Assembly (NCBI GenBank): GCA_028712575.1
Contig: JAQTPU010000001.1
Coordinates: forward strand, 1-28,369
Reading direction: 5' to 3'
Source of the DNA: Candidatus Iainarchaeum sp.
GTDB lineage: Archaea; Iainarchaeota; Iainarchaeia; Iainarchaeales; GCA-2688035
Length of the DNA stretch: 28,369 nucleotides
Part shown: one piece after another, positions 24,242 through 28,369 of the stretch
How the letters are laid out: every line of letters starts with the position of its first letter
How positions within the stretch are numbered: position 1 is the stretch's first letter
Translations under genes and position numbers: made by a program
Notes under the pieces: generated by a model
Databases searched by the model: none
Seen by the model: the letters and a program-made list of their open reading frames with translations, nothing else
Told to the model about the DNA's origin: nothing

Positions 24242-25000
24242 TTATTTTTTCCCTTTCCCTTTTGCGGGTTTTTTCTCCGCTGGCTTTTTGATTTCTGTTT
24301 CCTTGTTTTCAGTTTCCTCTGCTTTTGTGAATTCTTCCGAGAATTTTACGCTTTCAATTCCCTTTACGTGCTTTGTTATTATGCCTGAAAACATTTTTTT
24401 CAATTGGCCTGTTGCGGAGGCGTATTTTGCGTCAATCGAAATTTCTATTTTGTTTTCCTTTATTGAAAGCTTTTTTTCATTGTCTGGAATGATGCCGAAG
24501 TATTTTTCAAAAAGCGATTCAATCTGCTCTTTCTGGCTTTTAAGCTCCTTTTCAATTTTCAGGTCATATTCTATTTCCTTGCCCGCAAGGGGATGGTTGA
24601 AATCAACCCGTACCCTTCCGCCCGAAACTGATTGTATCCTTGCAATCCTGTCGTTAAGGTCCAGCACCATTCCGGGAACTGGATTTATTTTCCTGTTCTG
24701 GAATTCTTTCAAAGGCACAACCCCGATAAGTTTCTGGCTTCTTTCCCCGAACGCGTCTTTCGGCTGAAGGACAAGCTTTTTCTCTTCCCCTTCCTTCATT
24801 GCAAGAAGTGCGGAATCGATTGCCTTGAGCATTTCGCCTTCGCCGAGAATAATCGGCACTGCGCCGTATTTCTTTTTTTCCTGGAAAAGCCCAGCTTCAA
24901 TCGCTTTTTTTTCGTCTGTTGTTTCAAACACGCTGCCGCTTGAAACCGCTTTTCCGGTGTAATTTACCAGAACTATTTTTCCCTGTTCCACAAATACCAC
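24242..25000 (-). CDS. Long-type archaeal FKBP peptidyl-prolyl isomerase (SlyD-like, with IF domain)
   Basis: VLVNYTGK..VFETT, GEEKKLVLQPKDAFGER, GGRVRVDFNHPLAGKEIEY. Confidence 0.93.
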   Translation of the reverse strand: MVFVEQGKIVLVNYTGKAVSSGSVFETTDEKKAIEAGLFQEKKKYGAVPIILGEGEMLKAIDSALLAMKEGEEKKLVLQPKDAFGERSQKLIGVVPLKEFQNRKINPVPGMVLDLNDRIARIQSVSGGRVRVDFNHPLAGKEIEYDLKIEKELKSQKEQIESLFEKYFGIIPDNEKKLSIKENKIEISIDAKYASATGQLKKMFSGIITKHVKGIESVKFSEEFTKAEETENKETEIKKPAEKKPAKGKGKK

Positions 25001-25148
25001 ATTCCTTTGAAATTAATATTTTCAAATGATAAAATGAATTAAAGACAAAAACCAGATAATGAGTTTTTAACCTTTGCTTTCTAAATATTTTAAATAGTGA
25101 ACTTTTAAAAGGTTTTTTATCAGCCAAAATATTTGGTTTTGTGGTTTT

Positions 25149-26480
25149 ATGAACAAAAATCAGGTTATTGCGCTTGCAATCGGGATTCTGATGCTTTCCT
25201 CGACAATCGGCTTTGCTTTTATGAGCCTTTCGGGCCAGGCTCCCGCAGCCGCCAATACCGGAGACACGCCTGTTCCGCCCGCAAGCGAAATAAAATACAG
25301 TGCGAAATTCCAGCCCGCAAAAGTTGTTGAAATAATGCCCCTCATAAAAATTTTTGGTTACACTTCAGAATATGATATCCAGAAGATTGATTCCGCAATT
25401 GCGGGAATAAGCGGGGTTACAAAGGTTACGTCTGTTTTTGGGAATACTGCCCCTCCAAATCTCACATATATCGCGGAGATTTCTTTCAGCAGGGACTTCG
25501 GCCCTGAAACTGTTGTTGGGGAAATAAAAAGCAGGGGAATCCTCCAGGGAGTTGACGGTTATGCGCTCGGCGTTGTTGATTTGCAGAAGAAAATTGTTTT
25601 CAAGAGCGAGAATGCCGACCTTAATCTTACAAAGGAATATGAATTTGCAGACACGCAGAGTCCGGCCCTCGTCGGCTTTGCAGACCTTAAGGGGGATGAT
25701 GTCCTTGTGACTGTTTCCGCTGTCTTTGCAGGCTCAAAGCTTGTTGATTTGATGAGCATTGAGGAACAGAACATTACTGCGGCTCCCTCTTCAGGCACCC
25801 AGAACCTCGAACTTTCGATTGTTTCCCTTGAACCAAGCCTTGTTTTTTCAGGAAAAGCGTTTTTTTCGGCAAAGCCGGATTCCGATGCTTTGAAAGCAAA
25901 AATAGGCAGTATTGCGGATGTAAACTGGGTTGAGCTTGGCGCTTTGAGCATTGCCCCGAAACTCACACTCTCCGGGCCGTTGCAGATTTCGGAGGAACAG
26001 GTTCACGACCTTAATGTTTTTATCCTGTCCCTTAATCCCCAGGATGTTTCTTTTGTGAACCAGGGCCTTTTGGAGGTTTCAATCCCTTTCAATGATGATG
26101 CAAACCTTGCGGATGCAAAGGCAAGGCTTGCCCTGCAGTTGAAAGCAATGGATTTGAATTCCGTTTCTATTGGGGAAAATTCAGGTGAACTTTTCGGAAG
26201 TGTTTCGTTAATGCGGGCCGATTCAAATGCCCTCTCGGGGCAGTTAAGGCAGCTGCTGGAATCTTTTTCCTTGCAGGACATTGCAATAATGCAGCCCGCA
26301 AGGCTTTTCATGAGCGAGGTTGCAGATTCGAATGCAAATGCGGTTTATCCTGTGGATTCGAATTCCGTCAATGCCCAGGTAAAGGCGGGCCATGCAATAG
26401 GCGACAAGGTAAAAGCGAATATCCTTTATTACATAGTGAGAAAGAAAATCGCTTTCATTGCGGCAGAAGAAGAAAAATAA
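25149..26480 (+). CDS. Membrane-anchored or secreted hypothetical protein (443 aa)
   Basis: N-terminal MNKNQVIALAIGILMLSSTIGFAF hydrophobic helix, Pro/Ala linker, alternating beta/alpha segments. Confidence 0.8.
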   Translation: MNKNQVIALAIGILMLSSTIGFAFMSLSGQAPAAANTGDTPVPPASEIKYSAKFQPAKVVEIMPLIKIFGYTSEYDIQKIDSAIAGISGVTKVTSVFGNTAPPNLTYIAEISFSRDFGPETVVGEIKSRGILQGVDGYALGVVDLQKKIVFKSENADLNLTKEYEFADTQSPALVGFADLKGDDVLVTVSAVFAGSKLVDLMSIEEQNITAAPSSGTQNLELSIVSLEPSLVFSGKAFFSAKPDSDALKAKIGSIADVNWVELGALSIAPKLTLSGPLQISEEQVHDLNVFILSLNPQDVSFVNQGLLEVSIPFNDDANLADAKARLALQLKAMDLNSVSIGENSGELFGSVSLMRADSNALSGQLRQLLESFSLQDIAIMQPARLFMSEVADSNANAVYPVDSNSVNAQVKAGHAIGDKVKANILYYIVRKKIAFIAAEEEK

Positions 26481-26483
26481 TCC

Positions 26484-26813
26484 TTATTTTTTTTTCAATT
26501 CAGTGATTGCCTCTGCAATATCCCCCGAATGCTTTTTCAATGCGTCTTCGGCCTGTTTTTTGTTTGCGCCGGCCTGTTCCATTACAAGCTTTACATCGCC
26601 CTCGCTTGCCGCGTTTTCCTCTTCAGGAGTGCCCATTATTGTGAAGATTTTCTGGCCCTGGACAAGCATTACTGTGACTTTCGGCTCCCTAATGGTTATT
26701 TTTTTGCCGCTGCATTCAATAATTACCCTGTCTGCGTCAAGTTCTTCTGTTTTTATGCCGAACTGTTTTAGCATTCCGGCCATCTGCTTTGGATTTCCCA
26801 TTCCCGGAAACAT
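26484..26813 (-). CDS. nac: Archaeal nascent polypeptide-associated complex protein (aeNAC)
   Basis: NPKQMAGMLKQFGIK..EL.A.RVII, C-terminal UBA (DVKLVMEQAG...AEDALK...GDIAEAI); GAGGTG RBS before ATG 26813. Confidence 0.93.
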   Translation of the reverse strand: MFPGMGNPKQMAGMLKQFGIKTEELDADRVIIECSGKKITIREPKVTVMLVQGQKIFTIMGTPEEENAASEGDVKLVMEQAGANKKQAEDALKKHSGDIAEAITELKKK

Positions 26814-27041
26814 TTTCACACCTCAATAGCATAATCAGCTGTAACTAGAATCTGGTTAAATTAGTTTAAAAATCGGACTATTGGCTTTGCCCTGCCCGAA
26901 TCAAAACAAGGCAAAGGGAATTAAAATTTTTCCGCCCTGAAAGAGGCGTGTTTATTGGCGGCCCTTCCGGCTTTTTAAGCGGTTCATTTCCTTGTTTTGA
27001 AACAGAACTGTTTTTTAACCTTGCAGGCTCATGTTATGTTT

Positions 27042-27692
27042 ATGGCCGAGGGCATTATTTCCTCTTTTGACAAGTTTGCGGCAAAACTGCCGAAGGATTT
27101 TGATTTGGAGAAGCATGCTTCCAGGGCTTCGGCTTTGAAGCACTATTTTTCAAAAGGCGGCGTTGTTTCAATCGCCCTTTCAGAAAAAGACTGGCCCAGG
27201 CTTTTGTATCCGACAAAAGACAGCCTTAGGCAGAAAATTTCCGAATGCGCGGAAAAGCGCAAAAAATACGAGTCTAGCCTCGGCGACTGGAAAAAGCACT
27301 TTGTGCAGGCACAGCTTTACCATGTGGTGAACAATGTGAAAAAGCTCAAGGAGCCCCTGTATTGGAAGCATGTTGCAAAGGTCGTTACAGATTCAGATTA
27401 CAGGAAGGATGCGGAATCAGTCAGGCTTCCCGCCCACCTTGTTTCTGACAAGCGCTGGAAGCCCATGGTGCAGATGTTTGTGAACGACCTTGATTACAGG
27501 AAACAGCTTACTGAAACAGTCGAGACAAGCATTGTTTACAGGGACAAGACAGTTGCAAAATATGCGGATGACACGCGCGAATTCCGGATGTCGCAGAGCG
27601 GGAAGCAGATAGATGACCTGGAGAAAAAAATTGCCGCCATCGATGCGGACATTTCCGCACTGCAGGAACTTATAAAATGGGCAAGCTTCTGA
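27042..27692 (+). CDS. Hypothetical helical protein with an internal W..V.D.DYRK repeat and C-terminal coiled coil
   Basis: 216-aa ORF from ATG 27042 (27036 is an alternative); co-oriented with the HemK gene 7 nt downstream. Confidence 0.75.
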   Translation: MAEGIISSFDKFAAKLPKDFDLEKHASRASALKHYFSKGGVVSIALSEKDWPRLLYPTKDSLRQKISECAEKRKKYESSLGDWKKHFVQAQLYHVVNNVKKLKEPLYWKHVAKVVTDSDYRKDAESVRLPAHLVSDKRWKPMVQMFVNDLDYRKQLTETVETSIVYRDKTVAKYADDTREFRMSQSGKQIDDLEKKIAAIDADISALQELIKWASF

Positions 27693-27699
27693 TTTTGTT

Positions 27700-28311
27700 A
27701 TGCCAAAAAAGTTTTTTCTGCGCGATTTTGAATTCCTTGTTTTTGATTCTGTTTACTGCCCCGCAGAGGACTCGGAGCTTCTTGCAGATGCGGTGAAAGT
27801 TTTTCCGGGCTCCTCTGTCCTTGACATGGGCTGCGGGACAGGCATCCAGGGCCTGAATGCTGTGCTTCAAGGCGCTTCCTTTGCCTGCTTTGCAGACAAA
27901 AACCCCGCTGCCGTGCAGAATGCAGAAAAAAACTTCGGGCTGCTGAAAAAGCAGGGTGCCTGTGGAGAAGCCGGGGCGGAGTTTTTTGAAACAGACCTGT
28001 TTTCAGGAATAAGCAGGAAATTTGATTTAATTCTTTTCAACCCGCCTTATGTGCCTTCGGGGAAAAAAAAATTTTTAGACCTTGACGGGGGCGAGTTTGG
28101 AAGGGAAGTGCTTGACGGGTTCCTGGAAAAAGCGCCTGGTTTCCTCAATCCAAATGGCAGGATTTTTTTTCTCCAGACAAGCATTAACATTGTTTCCCGC
28201 ACAAAAAGAATCCTGAAGGAAAAAGGCTTTCGGAGCAGGATTGCTGCAAGGCAAAAATTGTTTTTTGAGGAACTTTTTGTTTTCAAGGCCTGGAAAAAAA
28301 AGTTTTGCTAA
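27700..28311 (+). CDS. prmC: HemK2/PrmC-like release factor glutamine methyltransferase
   Basis: VYCPAEDSELL, VLDMGCGTG, FNPPY, LDGG...GREVL signatures. Confidence 0.9.
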   Translation: MPKKFFLRDFEFLVFDSVYCPAEDSELLADAVKVFPGSSVLDMGCGTGIQGLNAVLQGASFACFADKNPAAVQNAEKNFGLLKKQGACGEAGAEFFETDLFSGISRKFDLILFNPPYVPSGKKKFLDLDGGEFGREVLDGFLEKAPGFLNPNGRIFFLQTSINIVSRTKRILKEKGFRSRIAARQKLFFEELFVFKAWKKKFC

Positions 28312-28369
28312 TTTGCAGCCCTGTTTTTTCTGGTTTTTGCGAATATTACCACTGCCAGCCCGATGAGTT

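Noticed and set aside
24242-25000. FKBP as a SlyD-type nickel chaperone for the hydrogenase
   Set aside because: The C-terminal tail is Lys/Glu-rich with no His/Cys cluster, and the gene is about 19 kb from the hydrogenase cluster.
26885-26960. Hairpins CTTTGCC...GGCAAAG and CGCC-CTGAAAGA-GGCG in the nac divergent intergenic region as an ncRNA
   Set aside because: The stems are short, with no recognisable RNA family motif and no second copy in the window.

Overview
Archaeal chromosomal segment. Gene content (aCPSF1-psmB, aeNAC, Taw1, AK6, geranylgeranyl reductase, PRC-barrel, long FKBP, many small TA pairs and orphans) suggests a DPANN lineage, plausibly Iainarchaeota/Diapherotrites (inference, not tested by phylogeny). 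The left 5.4 kb is the 3' part of a group 3b [NiFe]-hydrogenase operon (gamma, an inserted Lys-rich orphan, delta, alpha) followed by an accessory module: maturation protease, EamA transporter, a DUF6390-like protein with a HypC-like C-terminus and no in-frame ATG, and a 53-aa HypC absent from the ORF track. The rest is housekeeping genes plus an AT-rich tract (HTH + putative PD-(D/E)XK nuclease ORF and taw1), a truncated Rqc2/NFACT, three toxin-antitoxin pairs (one in an unusual convergent layout), surface proteins, and a family of modular palindromic intergenic repeats including two identical 132-bp copies exactly 14,800 bp apart. I found no rRNA, tRNA, CRISPR array or transposase.
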